Positions 19,988 through 30,665 of a DNA stretch of 64,000 nucleotides are shown here, piece after piece (the stretch's first letter is position 1; each line of letters opens with the position of its first letter). Location of the stretch: IMG/VR virus record IMGVR_UViG_3300043418_000072, positions 248,001 through 312,000 of that record; one strand, given 5' to 3'. The notes beneath the pieces are model-generated. The model saw nothing but the letters and a program-made list of their open reading frames with translations. It made no database searches and was not told where the DNA came from. Made by a program: the position numbers and the translations under genes.

Positions 19988-20016
19988 ATTATAGCAAAAG
20001 GACCATTTTCGAGCAA
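19988..20016 (-). promoter_or_regulatory. Early sigma70-type promoter
   Basis: TTGCTC-17-TATAAT. Confidence 0.6.
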
Positions 20017-20046
20017 CCAAAATATCTAATACTCTAGTACTACTTT

Positions 20047-20571
20047 TTAAACTTCCAGTCCCAACATTTCCAAGCCCATGTTGTGCAGCTCACGGGTGCT
20101 TTCGATTGCATCCTCTGTGCTCATTGCTGCAAACGCTTTGGCGTGGAATTCTTCATCGGGCAGAATCTTTGCAAACACATCGCGAATGTCTTGTGCAATT
20201 TCTTCATCTGCTGCTAGTGCTCGGATACGAAGCAAGCGCATGGTTTCGGCGTGATGTCCTGCCCCTGCAATCTCTTCAAAAGAGTGCAAGTTATCCAGGA
20301 TAGGTTCCCAATAACGTGTGTCCTTCATTGAAACTTCGGGCAAAGTCATGCCACGATCGGTTAGCAACTTACCAACCCACTTAGAGTGGGTAAGCTCATC
20401 GATTGCAATGTTTTCCAGCACTCGGCCGTATCGGGTAGCACGTTGTTCGTGTGCGAGATCAGCAATGCGCTCTGCTGCCAAGTATTCGCCAATGTACTGA
20501 CGTTCAAGCCACTGCTTGAGTTTTGCTGGGTCTGCTTTGACTTGTGATAACCATTGTTTAGTTGTTTTCAT
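20047..20571 (-). CDS. Ferritin-like di-iron protein
   Basis: Paired GE..A/DE..H and E../DE.FH helices. Confidence 0.8.
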   Translation of the reverse strand: MKTTKQWLSQVKADPAKLKQWLERQYIGEYLAAERIADLAHEQRATRYGRVLENIAIDELTHSKWVGKLLTDRGMTLPEVSMKDTRYWEPILDNLHSFEEIAGAGHHAETMRLLRIRALAADEEIAQDIRDVFAKILPDEEFHAKAFAAMSTEDAIESTRELHNMGLEMLGLEV

Positions 20572-20580
20572 AGTGTTTCC

Positions 20581-20817
20581 TTATTTGCCCCACATCATTA
20601 AAAATCGCCAGATCACCAACTCATACATGGTCTGGCCCTTCATATTGCGTACTCGGCCAATATGAAAGTAACTGGTCTTTTCGTTTTCTCGATCAGTAAT
20701 CCAAGTCCAACAATCTTCTGCCCACGTGACAGAGAACAAGTAGCCAAAAAGCGTGAAATACTTTGGCTCATTCTTGCATGGATATGTGTTGAAATACTCT
20801 CTTGCTCGTTCACTCAT
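20581..20817 (-). CDS. Hypothetical protein
   Basis: 78 aa, overlapping stop/start. Confidence 0.5.
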   Translation of the reverse strand: MSERAREYFNTYPCKNEPKYFTLFGYLFSVTWAEDCWTWITDRENEKTSYFHIGRVRNMKGQTMYELVIWRFLMMWGK

Positions 20818-21257
20818 GCTAATCCCTCACCATCTTCACCGTTCCACATACGATCCAGAATCTCCGGAGTAACCATTGTTATTCCACCGTGCGTGTCCAT
20901 TGTCACTGCCCACTGGTCGCTGCTAGACTTCCTGGTCCGAGTTCTGCGAGTACCAGTAGAGATTCCCAACACCTTACGCTCTTCTGTGGACAGTTTAGCT
21001 AGTGCTTCTTCTCTTACACGGGCAACACGCTCTTTTTCCAATCGAGCTGCAAGTTTCCTGGCTTCGGCTTCTTTGTGCGCCTTCCACCACTCACGCAATT
21101 TGTCGTTCTTGAGCAACAAGAGGTCGGCCATACCATTTGCTTCAAGTTCTTCCATTGCCTCAACAGCAAACTTTTCAAACTTTGATTTGACTGGGCTCCG
21201 ATCGAACCCGCCCCACTCAACGTCATCATCTTCATTCTCAATATCCCATGATTTCAT
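20814..21257 (-). CDS. Hypothetical protein
   Basis: WWKAHKEAE...ALAKLSTEERKVLG motif. Confidence 0.65.
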   Translation of the reverse strand: MKSWDIENEDDDVEWGGFDRSPVKSKFEKFAVEAMEELEANGMADLLLLKNDKLREWWKAHKEAEARKLAARLEKERVARVREEALAKLSTEERKVLGISTGTRRTRTRKSSSDQWAVTMDTHGGITMVTPEILDRMWNGEDGEGLA

Positions 21258-21260
21258 CGT

Positions 21261-21485
21261 TTACTCCGCTAATGTGAACAAGAGGAACAAGTCCCGATGT
21301 TCGTGTTCAAATGGATTTCGCATGCCGACTGCTAGGTATCCAAATCGTGTATCCATATCGATTGTGTCTTGTCCTTTGATCTTGGCTTTGCCGCTAATGG
21401 ATTCTAGCTCAATGCCATCAGGTAGTTGCTCAAACTCTTTTTCTGTAAAGAGATACAACCTTGTTTCTGCGTCCCACAAAATCAT
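21261..21485 (-). CDS. Hypothetical protein
   Basis: 74 aa, IDMDTRFGYLAVG. Confidence 0.55.
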   Translation of the reverse strand: MILWDAETRLYLFTEKEFEQLPDGIELESISGKAKIKGQDTIDMDTRFGYLAVGMRNPFEHEHRDLFLLFTLAE

Positions 21486-22409
21486 TTTAATTCCTTATCG
21501 GAGGGGTCTTATTGACGTTGCCCCTACGCACACTGCGGGGTTACCCGTGAAGCCAAATCAAATCTTCAAGTATGGTTAGCAGATATTCGTCAGACTTTGA
21601 ATCAAACTCTGCAAACACATGATCTGCACCATGGCTATCTACAAATTCGTCTTCGCCGCCTACCAACTCTCTCATTCGGTTAATTACTAGTTCACGCATC
21701 ATTGTTCTCCTAAATAGAACTGTGTTTCACAATCGGCACACTTGAATGGCTCTGCTGCATCGTAAAATTCTGTGCAGCCTTCCATTTCCTCAGCTACATA
21801 AAGCTCGCCGCCATTTGTAGTTGGGTTGGGCTGAATGTGTTGCTTACCGCAATTTGGACAAAACATGATTAATCTTCTTCCAATTCAATATCGTCAGCAA
21901 TGTTAGCAATATCATCAGCCATGGTTTGCAGTTCTGCACGGAAATCAGGGTGTGCATGACCAACTACTTCTTGAATCAATGCTGCCGCTTGAGCCAGCTT
22001 ACCAATTTGTTCAAATTTATCCATTGTGTTATCCGTTGAATCCAATTATGTCTTCAAACAATGCCAGCAAGTCTGCATTGGACATTTGCTCTAATTTTGC
22101 AACAGGAAACTCTTCGCCGTAGCTGTCACAAATGATGCCATTGTGGGCACACTCTTGTAAACGTGCAATGACTAGATTACGCACCGTAGTATGCCTCTAG
22201 TTCAATTTGAAAACCAGCTTCGCTTTGCTCAAAAGCCTCGTCTGCTGTTTCCACGTTAAACAAAAACAAATCACCATCCCAAATTTGATACATAAAAATC
22301 CTTAAGACAACAATAAAAGAAAAGCCAACAACACCGCAAAGCCCGGGTGTCCGCAAATAGCTAACACTATAACTGCAATCCACCCAAGATCTTTACTCAT
22401 TATAACTCC

Positions 22410-23438
22410 TTAGTTAGGCTTCATGCAAGTGGTACGAGCCATTGCAGTCCAGTTATTAGGAAAGCTCTTGCGCAAGTCTGCAATCTTAAGAGCCATGCGC
22501 AAACTCATTTCACGCAACTTGTTCTTGTTAGCGTCCATGAAATCAATGATCTCATCTTGGGCAATCTGATCAAACTCGTAGTCTGCAAACAACTCGCCAT
22601 CTGCTGCAATTTGACGGATGCGAAGCATCTTGTCACGCATGGTATCCAGTGTCAAGTCCAGATAATGACAGCGTGATTGCAGTGCATCAAGGTGATCACG
22701 GAGCTTCTGGCTCTTCATAGTGTCAAACTTCAAGTTGGTGATAAAAATCACAGAACCGTTGAAGTTAAAGCTGTCTGGGATACCTTCGCGGCGCAGAGCA
22801 CTTGACTCGCTCAACCAAGAAATCTTACGCTTCTTGCCCGAGTCCAATGCACCTTTCAGCAAGTTAAGCGACACGTCATCAAGCAAGATGCCGTCGCAGT
22901 CATCAAACACCAGCACACAATTTGCGTCACTGTACTTGTACAGAGTTTGGTACAAGCCGATTGGGGTAGCAGAGCCCTTAACAACTTCTGCACGGAGACG
23001 ATTGCCTGCAATTTGATCTAGCAGTGTTGCCTTTTCAATTTCTTGCTCAACACCGTAGCTCTTACCAACGCCAGGAGGGCCGCTAACAATCATAGCACGA
23101 ATGTCGCCGTTGGTTGCAGCCTTAGTCATCTCGTGCAAGATTTCAAAGCGCTCGCGGATACGTGTAATTGCTTCCTCATCAGATTCTACAACTACCTCTG
23201 CATGGGCTTGCACTGCGGCAACGCCTGCATCACCTTCAGTCACAAACTCGTAATCAAACGGACCAGTGACCTTGATGCGAATGTCTTCCGGAAAGCCAGG
23301 AAAAGCACCACCATTTTTAACAGTAACGTAACCACCTTTGGCGCTGGTCTTAAACTGCTCTACAAGCTCAAATGTTTGACCTGAGACATCAGTGGTACGA
23401 TAGGCGCCGCTGCGGATACGAACAAAACTGTTTGACAT
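22410..23438 (-). CDS. AAA+ ATPase
   Basis: Walker A GPPGVGKS, Walker B VLVFDD, ALQSRC. Confidence 0.85.
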   Translation of the reverse strand: MSNSFVRIRSGAYRTTDVSGQTFELVEQFKTSAKGGYVTVKNGGAFPGFPEDIRIKVTGPFDYEFVTEGDAGVAAVQAHAEVVVESDEEAITRIRERFEILHEMTKAATNGDIRAMIVSGPPGVGKSYGVEQEIEKATLLDQIAGNRLRAEVVKGSATPIGLYQTLYKYSDANCVLVFDDCDGILLDDVSLNLLKGALDSGKKRKISWLSESSALRREGIPDSFNFNGSVIFITNLKFDTMKSQKLRDHLDALQSRCHYLDLTLDTMRDKMLRIRQIAADGELFADYEFDQIAQDEIIDFMDANKNKLREMSLRMALKIADLRKSFPNNWTAMARTTCMKPN

Positions 23439-23467
23439 GCTTTTTCCTTTTTGCTGTTTAAGTGTGT

Positions 23468-23496
23468 ATTATACGATGGATTTCATTTCGGGTCAA
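23468..23496 (-). promoter_or_regulatory. Early sigma70-type promoter
   Basis: TTGACC-17-TATAAT. Confidence 0.7.
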
Positions 23497-23502
23497 CCGA
23501 AA

Positions 23503-23784
23503 TTACATGCTCCAATAAGTTTCGCTAGCAGGGTTGCAGCACCAAGGAGTGTCATGTGCAATTTCCACATCCTTGCCAGTCATCAAGTTCTTTACTACTT
23601 TAGTAGTAGAAACATACTCGATACGATACTGATCTACAGTATACATTCCCGAAAGCAAGAGCTCAGCAACTTCGCGCTTGATGCCTGCTTCGTCGCGGTG
23701 CCAAACAGTGGTACTAACCAAACGTTCGCCAGTTTTGCAACGACGATCCAGTTTGTAGATGTACATGGTGTAAGATTGCTTCAT
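23503..23784 (-). CDS. Hypothetical protein
   Basis: VKNLMTGKDVEI..DTPWCCNPASETYWSM motif. Confidence 0.7.
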   Translation of the reverse strand: MKQSYTMYIYKLDRRCKTGERLVSTTVWHRDEAGIKREVAELLLSGMYTVDQYRIEYVSTTKVVKNLMTGKDVEIAHDTPWCCNPASETYWSM

Positions 23785-23814
23785 ACCAACTCCTGTTTTG
23801 CTTGCTATGTATCT

Positions 23815-23843
23815 ATTATACTGCTTCTGCCATTTTCGGGCAA
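23815..23843 (-). promoter_or_regulatory. Early sigma70-type promoter
   Basis: TTGCCC-17-TATAAT. Confidence 0.65.
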
Positions 23844-23995
23844 ATTGAGTCTAATACTTGTTGTGTAAAAACAACACCACCATACGCTTGCTGGTACGTG
23901 TCTGCAACAGATTTCAAGAAGAAAGTGTAAACTTTGCCCTTGCTAGTGATTAGCGTGTACTTCATTGAAAAAGCCCTGTTTGCTGCAATACATGT

Positions 23996-24024
23996 ATTAT
24001 AGCAAAAGGGCCTTTATTGGGCAA
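23996..24024 (-). promoter_or_regulatory. Early sigma70-type promoter
   Basis: TTGCCC-17-TATAAT. Confidence 0.6.
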
Positions 24025-24030
24025 CCAAAA

Positions 24031-24858
24031 TTATGTTGCTGCGGCCCAGAATTTGCTATGTCTTGCAAGCCATTCCATTACCGGGAGCACCAGCTCAGGA
24101 CTGTGTTGTGTAATCTGCTGCATCACAAACGGCATATGGTGGTGTGCTTCTGCACGTTCACCTAGCTCGTACAAGAAATGATGCCATTTATGTATGTTCC
24201 ACCCTTTGTAGTCCATCCTAGGAATAAAATAATCAACTACGTCCAAGTCAGCCAACTTAACCACATTCCATTGTCCGTGAAATCCAAATCCCGGTTTGTA
24301 TTCATATGAGCCTTCTTGTATCTCGTGACTAAACTGCTGTGCCAATTCGGTTGGAGCAAATTTAATACCGTACTTGCTTTCTAAGAGCTGCTTATGGTCA
24401 ACACACTGGACTGCGTCTTCTTCAATGAACTTACGTTGTTCGTGCAACTGAATTGCAGGATCCTTGCAGGCCAATAAGAGTTTACGTGAGCGTAGAGAGA
24501 ACCCACCGTTACCCATGTTTTGGCCTTCGGGAGCCCATGGCCAAACTGCACCAATGTAATCATACTCAAGAAACTGATCGGACCACTTGGTACCGTCGTA
24601 TGCCATTGCATCCCACTGTGCAAACAAGATATGGTCAGTGTCAATGAACGGCCACATGTTTTTAAGCATAATCTCGTTGTAGTCCCTAAAGCTCTTAATA
24701 GGCTTGGTAAGCACTGTTGTGCTGCCGGGTAGGATCTCCCTGTCACTGAATACTACAACTTCCTTAACGTCAATGTGTTTAAGAGTTTCCTCTAATGCAC
24801 GACGAGCTAAGTCGTGGTACATGGTTTCCACCGTGACTAACGTGATGCTTTTACTCAT
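24031..24858 (-). CDS. DUF5672 family (glycosyltransferase-like) protein
   Basis: QWDA...YDYIGAVW...GNGGFSLRS...ED...FGFH; start MSKSIT. Confidence 0.8.
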   Translation of the reverse strand: MSKSITLVTVETMYHDLARRALEETLKHIDVKEVVVFSDREILPGSTTVLTKPIKSFRDYNEIMLKNMWPFIDTDHILFAQWDAMAYDGTKWSDQFLEYDYIGAVWPWAPEGQNMGNGGFSLRSRKLLLACKDPAIQLHEQRKFIEEDAVQCVDHKQLLESKYGIKFAPTELAQQFSHEIQEGSYEYKPGFGFHGQWNVVKLADLDVVDYFIPRMDYKGWNIHKWHHFLYELGERAEAHHHMPFVMQQITQHSPELVLPVMEWLARHSKFWAAAT

Positions 24859-25225
24859 AACTCTTCTCTTCAGTAATGCTGCTACCGCAGATGGTGTTGA
24901 TTGCTTTCTTAATAGCTGCACGTTTGTCGTTTTTAAGATACACCTGCCTAGCTGCATTAACAAACTCGTCGTTAAACAACTGCTTCTTTTCACATGCACG
25001 TTTAAAGTCTTCGATGTCCCACAGCTCATTGTTAATGGCTTTTAGTTCAGCCACATGACTATCTACGTCAGGTAGTGATAGTTCATTTAGCGATACATAG
25101 AGATGATACAGTTCAGTCTTAACATTTTCCAACTTAGTTGCATCCTTGATACGCTCACTTTTGATCTGGAGAATTGTAATCTTGTCAAGTAGTTCGCCGA
25201 TACTGACCGGAATAGACACGATCAT
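24851..25225 (-). CDS. DUF6165 family protein
   Basis: SIGELLDKITILQIK...LWDIED...NDKRA..K..IN...EEKSY. Confidence 0.8.
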   Translation of the reverse strand: MIVSIPVSIGELLDKITILQIKSERIKDATKLENVKTELYHLYVSLNELSLPDVDSHVAELKAINNELWDIEDFKRACEKKQLFNDEFVNAARQVYLKNDKRAAIKKAINTICGSSITEEKSYE

Positions 25226-26109
25226 AATTGTTTAACTACTGCGTCCACGATTGCAGCAATATCCCATAATTTATTACAAGCGTAGTCGCTGCGCTCGCAT
25301 ACAATTTGTCGAACTGGGCGTTGTTGTCTAGCATGACATCCAACACATGGCACACTGGCTTGAATGACTGTGCAGTTATCTCCCATTACTCCGTTTCGGA
25401 ATGGCAGCACACGGTCTGGATACATGTGGCTTAGTAATGCCACAATGTGTGTTTCACTTGCTCCAGCAATGTGGAATGGTGCTGAGTCAATGCCTACAAA
25501 GCACTTGGCACTATCCATTAGGTAACACGTTGATCCTGCGTCAAGGCCTCTAGCATCAATGACTCTAGGATTACCTTCGGGTGCATAATCAGTTGGGCCA
25601 CCTGTACACACAATCTTAACAGAAGGATCTGCTGCAAGGATTTTGTTAATAACGTCTATCCACACTTCCACTGCAATGTTTTTCAATTCCCAGTGCCAAC
25701 GGCGCATATGAATTACAACAAATGGACTGTCAATTGATGCAACAAGTTTATCAACTTCTGCAACTTGCGCATCTCCGATGAATAATTCCATACTCTTGTC
25801 CATGTTTGTGTTACCAAACACACGATAGAAGTAATTGTCAACAAAATGACCATCCGGGTTATACTCGTATGTGTCATCTAAGTTATAGAACACATCGTAT
25901 ACTGCTGCATCAACTTCGGTGTCTGTGTGGATCACATTACGCACATGAGGATTGTGTTTGAACACTTGTGGATACTCAGTATGCACATCAATCACACAGT
26001 TGTCACCGTACATGTTTTTTAGTTCACGCACAACTCCTGTGGTAATAATCACATCACCGAGTGCTGCTCGGCGGCGCAGTAGGATCCCAATCGGCACTTC
26101 TAGTTTCAT
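25222..26109 (-). CDS. Glycosyltransferase family 9 (heptosyltransferase-like)
   Basis: ALGDVI, FVGIDSAPFHIAGA and C-terminal CxxC. Confidence 0.85.
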   Translation of the reverse strand: MKLEVPIGILLRRRAALGDVIITTGVVRELKNMYGDNCVIDVHTEYPQVFKHNPHVRNVIHTDTEVDAAVYDVFYNLDDTYEYNPDGHFVDNYFYRVFGNTNMDKSMELFIGDAQVAEVDKLVASIDSPFVVIHMRRWHWELKNIAVEVWIDVINKILAADPSVKIVCTGGPTDYAPEGNPRVIDARGLDAGSTCYLMDSAKCFVGIDSAPFHIAGASETHIVALLSHMYPDRVLPFRNGVMGDNCTVIQASVPCVGCHARQQRPVRQIVCERSDYACNKLWDIAAIVDAVVKQL

Positions 26110-27332
26110 TGTTCTATCTCCACTTTGGGGAAATATTTAACATATCGGTCTCCGCGATTGTTACGCTTCTGTTGAATACGGGTGCGAATCTCTTCGTAGA
26201 AATTCCATGCCAGCGGTATAAAGATAATTGTATCATCTTCGCCGAACTGATCCAAGTAGTCAATTGGCACAATAGGAATATTTGCACCGGGGCTGTACAG
26301 ACCTTGCTTCAGAGGATTGTCATCAATGATGGCTTCCAGCTCGAGTCCACTAAACTGTAGCAGAGTATTGCCTTTGGCTGCTGCTCCATATCCAATAGCT
26401 CTATAGCCGTACTTTTCTACGTATACTTCAACACTCCCGACTAATTCTTCTACTAGCTCTTTAGCATTAAACGCCCAACGGTTGTAAGTGTCTGCTGTTA
26501 GCAGTCCTTTACTGGCTTCGCTTGCAATCAAGTTCTTGATGTGCCCGGGACGTTGTTTGTCTTTGCTAACAATAAAGATATAGCTTGTGCCATGGATAGG
26601 GCACTTGACCACATCCTCTAGATACAGTCCAGCACGTTTGCACAACTCATTCATGCTGTTGATGTTATAGAAGTTTACATGCTCGTGATAGATAGTATCA
26701 AACTCGTTGTTTACAACCATATCAGCTTGGCTTGTCTGGATAAAGAACTTGCTGCCATTACGCATCAATCTCTTGATGTTCTTCATGTAAGTTAGTGGAT
26801 CCGGATTGTGAGCAAAGCTGTTCTGCGCTGTAATGATGTCAAAGAATATTTCGTCCTTAGATAGTTGTTCAGTTAACGTTGAGCTAAAGAAGTCGCAGTA
26901 GATATTGTGATTCTTGCTGCTAACAGGATACAGGTTTTCAGCAGGGTCAACACCGGTAGTTCTCAATCCCAACTGTTTGAAGTAATCCAATTGTGTACCG
27001 TCATTGCAACCAATATCCAATACCGTCATTGGATAGTTACCCATGTACTCAACTGCAAACTTAGAGAACCACTCAAAGTGATCGCGCCCAGTTTTACTTG
27101 TTCCGCTTACGTAGAGATAGTGTGTGTAAATTAGTGCAGGGTCAACTGCGTGAGTCAATTGCAAATGATTGCAGTGCTCGCATCTGTTAACTGCCAACGG
27201 GAACTTTGGCTCATCAACTTGTAAATTATCAATACAGTTGTTTGCGAGAGCTTGGGTTCCTAGGTCTAGTTCAAGCGTTAGATGGCTACTGCCGCAAGCG
27301 AGACAGGCATCAATTGATTTGCAAGATGTCAT
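26106..27332 (-). CDS. NDP-hexose C-methyltransferase
   Basis: N-terminal CLAC..CEHC Zn site, LDIGCNDG, FDTIYHEH, GYGAAAKGNTLL. Confidence 0.9.
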   Translation of the reverse strand: MTSCKSIDACLACGSSHLTLELDLGTQALANNCIDNLQVDEPKFPLAVNRCEHCNHLQLTHAVDPALIYTHYLYVSGTSKTGRDHFEWFSKFAVEYMGNYPMTVLDIGCNDGTQLDYFKQLGLRTTGVDPAENLYPVSSKNHNIYCDFFSSTLTEQLSKDEIFFDIITAQNSFAHNPDPLTYMKNIKRLMRNGSKFFIQTSQADMVVNNEFDTIYHEHVNFYNINSMNELCKRAGLYLEDVVKCPIHGTSYIFIVSKDKQRPGHIKNLIASEASKGLLTADTYNRWAFNAKELVEELVGSVEVYVEKYGYRAIGYGAAAKGNTLLQFSGLELEAIIDDNPLKQGLYSPGANIPIVPIDYLDQFGEDDTIIFIPLAWNFYEEIRTRIQQKRNNRGDRYVKYFPKVEIEQ

Positions 27333-28054
27333 TATTCGGTTCTGTAGTTAGAAGAAGGATATTCGTTGTTGTAGTGGAAGCTAGGGTCTCCCTTACCGTG
27401 ACTTGAGTGTATGGTTACTTGCAGAGGTTTTCCACTGCCAATCCATGCCTCGTGCTCAAATCTAAAGTTACCCGGATCTAGTTTAACTCCCGGCAAGTAT
27501 AAACTTTCCTTGCCCCACTCAATTGTAGCAGGGTCTGACAATTTACGCAAGCGACGGATGTAGTTATTGGTTGTCCACCAAAAGTTGCCCGAGAAGTGGG
27601 GAAACGGATGGTCTAACCAGTTAACTCCAACTACGTCAACCCCTTTAGACAATTCGTCGAGAGATTTTTCCCATTGCTCGATTGCCCAGTATGTTAGATA
27701 GTTGCGCCAATCCGCAGCCTTTTGGTCTGCAACATTTTCTCTGCTGAGTCCTTTAAGGTGTGCGTAACCAATTGTGTACTCGTCTTCACTAGAATCAGCA
27801 TCCTGCTTGATTTTATTGATAGTAGGCCATTCCCACTTAGTGGCATCACCATGGACTTGCACTGCTGTAAATTTAGGATTAGAGTTAAGGATGGGCAACA
27901 AGAACATTTCCATATTACTCTTAACGCCGTTTAAGCAGAAGATGATTTCGTCTGCGCGATTGATTAAGCCGCTGTTGTCCATTTTCTCTAGCATCTCAAC
28001 TAGAACTGATTGCCAACCAGTTAATTCCGGTACGTGTAAATAAAATTTAATCAT
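27332..28054 (-). CDS. Putative glycosyltransferase-like protein
   Basis: YAHLKG...HFSGNFWW...E.WI motif; cluster context. Confidence 0.55.
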   Translation of the reverse strand: MIKFYLHVPELTGWQSVLVEMLEKMDNSGLINRADEIIFCLNGVKSNMEMFLLPILNSNPKFTAVQVHGDATKWEWPTINKIKQDADSSEDEYTIGYAHLKGLSRENVADQKAADWRNYLTYWAIEQWEKSLDELSKGVDVVGVNWLDHPFPHFSGNFWWTTNNYIRRLRKLSDPATIEWGKESLYLPGVKLDPGNFRFEHEAWIGSGKPLQVTIHSSHGKGDPSFHYNNEYPSSNYRTE

Positions 28055-28830
28055 GATTTGTAAACTCCGGGTGCGTTTGTAACGTTGCTACGTTTTTTAA
28101 TTAGTTCGATCACATCTGGATCGTTTACTTGGTCGCCGTACGGTGCAAATAATGCTTTACCGCGTGGGTCTGCGTTTGTCAATGGCTCAGTAACATAATA
28201 TGCTGCTAGGCTACAACGAATACTGCCATCTGGGCAGTTGAGTTCTTTTGGTAAACCGTGCCATGAATTTTGTGTGGTATCAAAAATTACAGCCCTGTTA
28301 AAACGATTTTCAACAGTAGTTACACATTGTCTAGGGCCACCAGTTTCTTCGTTGTGATCCCAAATCTCTAGGCCGCCGCCCCATGCAGTATCCCATTCAG
28401 GACTGATGTAAATGATGATGTTGAGCTTGCGTTGTAATTCCAATTTGGGATGAATACTATAGTCCAAGTGGATGTTGTTCTTGCCACCCTTAGTGTGGGC
28501 GTGCCATCCGCCGCCGTGTAGGCCAGCATCTGCTGCAAGGTTAGGATCGCTTAATATCTGTTGTAGATAGAACGTAAATGCCTCACCAGTTAGGTAGGAA
28601 AATGCCTTGTATGTGGTTGCAGGAAAGTTGTCCCAACGATTACATGCTTTCTTATCTTCAAGTGCATTGTGATAGTGGGCGTTCCATACTGCACTGTCGT
28701 ACGATGGAAATTCTGCAACCAATTGTTTAGCAACATCATCTGTAAAGAAGTCGTCAATTACTGCATAGTTAAACGGCTTGGCATTTAGAAAATTTCTCTG
28801 GATTTGATTCCAGTTGTGATTGTTTATCAT
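28051..28830 (-). CDS. 2OG-Fe(II) oxygenase
   Basis: LHGGG..HLD...WGGGLE...SWHG...R.S. Confidence 0.85.
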   Translation of the reverse strand: MINNHNWNQIQRNFLNAKPFNYAVIDDFFTDDVAKQLVAEFPSYDSAVWNAHYHNALEDKKACNRWDNFPATTYKAFSYLTGEAFTFYLQQILSDPNLAADAGLHGGGWHAHTKGGKNNIHLDYSIHPKLELQRKLNIIIYISPEWDTAWGGGLEIWDHNEETGGPRQCVTTVENRFNRAVIFDTTQNSWHGLPKELNCPDGSIRCSLAAYYVTEPLTNADPRGKALFAPYGDQVNDPDVIELIKKRSNVTNAPGVYKS

Positions 28831-29540
28831 TAGTTTTTAATATATGAACCGTTAGGTGCAATGGCCCCTTCTACGCCAACTTGATCTACTTCCACTACAT
28901 GAGCAGGGTTGAGGAATTTAGCAAGCACATGCTCAATGTCTGTGTAGCCACCATTTGTAACTCGTTCGTTGAAGTGTGCAAAACTGTAGTCGTATACGCT
29001 AATGACTTCGTCTAGTAGTGCAATAGGCCACGACCATAGTCGTGCCATGTATTGCCAAGGCTGCTGCGTTACCTCAACAGGGAATTGACTCTTATGCTTA
29101 CGCCCGATAATGATTTTGTCTGCTTCAGTTTTGTATAACTCAGGATCAAACAAGTCATTGATTACGTAACGACCCGACATCTTGTGGATACGATCAATGC
29201 CCGCAAACTCGCCGTCTTCTTTAAGCAATTTCAGTGCTTGACCGAAGCACATGATCTCAGTACCATTCTTTACCACATCCCAGTTGTCTGTACTGTGATA
29301 AAGTTTCTGAACCTCTGCTTCATCTGTGAAGTCCAAGAACACATCGCATACGCTAGACAAGATTGCAGTCTGTTCTGCTGTAACAGGAACTCCTGTTACC
29401 TCCATAATAACAATCTTAGCATCCGGAACATGCTTGCGAATACTAGCAACGGTAGTCACTGTTTGCTCTAGCCGCTCAATTGGAGAGTATACCCCAAAGC
29501 GGCTGTTAACTGCGCTGGTTACAATAAAGCAGTGTTTCAT
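28830..29540 (-). CDS. Putative glycosyltransferase-like protein
   Basis: ERLEQT..T..SIR, KMSGRY and DIEH motifs. Confidence 0.55.
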   Translation of the reverse strand: MKHCFIVTSAVNSRFGVYSPIERLEQTVTTVASIRKHVPDAKIVIMEVTGVPVTAEQTAILSSVCDVFLDFTDEAEVQKLYHSTDNWDVVKNGTEIMCFGQALKLLKEDGEFAGIDRIHKMSGRYVINDLFDPELYKTEADKIIIGRKHKSQFPVEVTQQPWQYMARLWSWPIALLDEVISVYDYSFAHFNERVTNGGYTDIEHVLAKFLNPAHVVEVDQVGVEGAIAPNGSYIKN

Positions 29541-30580
29541 TTACGCAACCAGCGGTTATTTGCTAAGGTCCACTCAACTACTTCCTTAACACGTTCGCTA
29601 AGTTTGATCTTAGGAGTCCATCCTAGCTCTGCTAGTAATCCGCCATCAAGTGCATAACGTAGATCGTGCCCAGGGCGGCTGCTGTGGAAGTCAGTCATTT
29701 CGTACACCAACTCGTTACCAACTGCTGCTGCAATCATTTTAGCAAGGGTAAGGTTATCAATTTCTTCTGGTCCAACAAGATTAAACTTAGGACATTTAGC
29801 ACCACCATAATCACCTGTGTGCGTATAGTCTTTGAGATTTTCAAGGATAAACATTAAGCCATCTGCTACATCCTTGGCATGGATATAGTGACGTGACCCT
29901 GCAATGGTCTTGCTTGGGTCGCTATGAACTGTTACTACTTCACCGTCGCGGGCTTTTTGTATTACCATTGGGATAAACTTCTCAGGATGCTGACGTTCGC
30001 CAAACACGTTCATAGTGTGTGTAACTACGATAGGAAGTTTGTAAGTGTTTTCAAATGCAACACAAATTTCCTCAGCTGCGGCCTTACTTGCAGAGTATGG
30101 GTTGGTGCTATTGTAGCGATCGTATTCTTTGTAGCTAACGCCGTTTGGTGCTGGACCAAACACTTCGTCTGTTGAGAAATATACAAAGCGATCAAGATTT
30201 GGCAGAGTGCGGGCATACTGCAAGAGATTGGTTGTGCCCACAACGTTATCCATTACAAACTCCATAGGGAATTCAATAGAACGATCCACGTGTGAACCAG
30301 CAGCCAAGTGCAACACAATGTTCACATCACCAATCATACTAGTAGTCAATGGATTAATCTCTGCTTTAAGATCATGCCACACAATGCGTAGGCGTTTACG
30401 CTGGTCCGGTGCAATCTCTTCCATCATGTCATGCAAACGGTTTAGATTGCCCGAATAGTCTAAACGATCTAAGCTAACAATATTCCAATCTGTAGTTTTT
30501 AGGATGCGCTCAATAACGTGATGAGCAATGAAACCGGCTCCGCCGGTGATAAGTACGGTCTTTGACAAGTAATTCTCCAA
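29537..30580 (-). CDS. rmlB: dTDP-glucose 4,6-dehydratase
   Basis: TGGAGFI, AAGSHVDRSI, STDEVFG, YSASK, RPGHDLRYA. Confidence 0.9.
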   Translation of the reverse strand: MENYLSKTVLITGGAGFIAHHVIERILKTTDWNIVSLDRLDYSGNLNRLHDMMEEIAPDQRKRLRIVWHDLKAEINPLTTSMIGDVNIVLHLAAGSHVDRSIEFPMEFVMDNVVGTTNLLQYARTLPNLDRFVYFSTDEVFGPAPNGVSYKEYDRYNSTNPYSASKAAAEEICVAFENTYKLPIVVTHTMNVFGERQHPEKFIPMVIQKARDGEVVTVHSDPSKTIAGSRHYIHAKDVADGLMFILENLKDYTHTGDYGGAKCPKFNLVGPEEIDNLTLAKMIAAAVGNELVYEMTDFHSSRPGHDLRYALDGGLLAELGWTPKIKLSERVKEVVEWTLANNRWLRK

Positions 30581-30665
30581 TGATAGTTGATAATGTATTT
30601 ATTTTAGCTATTTTACAAGAGTCAACTTTTAAAAGCAAGAGCAAGACCACCGAATAAATATTTGT

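Noticed and set aside
20662-21579. 305-aa plus-strand ORF and other antisense ORFs (16525..17247, 19363..19881, 59482..60009 and similar)
   Set aside because: Shadows of well-formed minus-strand genes, with no motifs or RBS.
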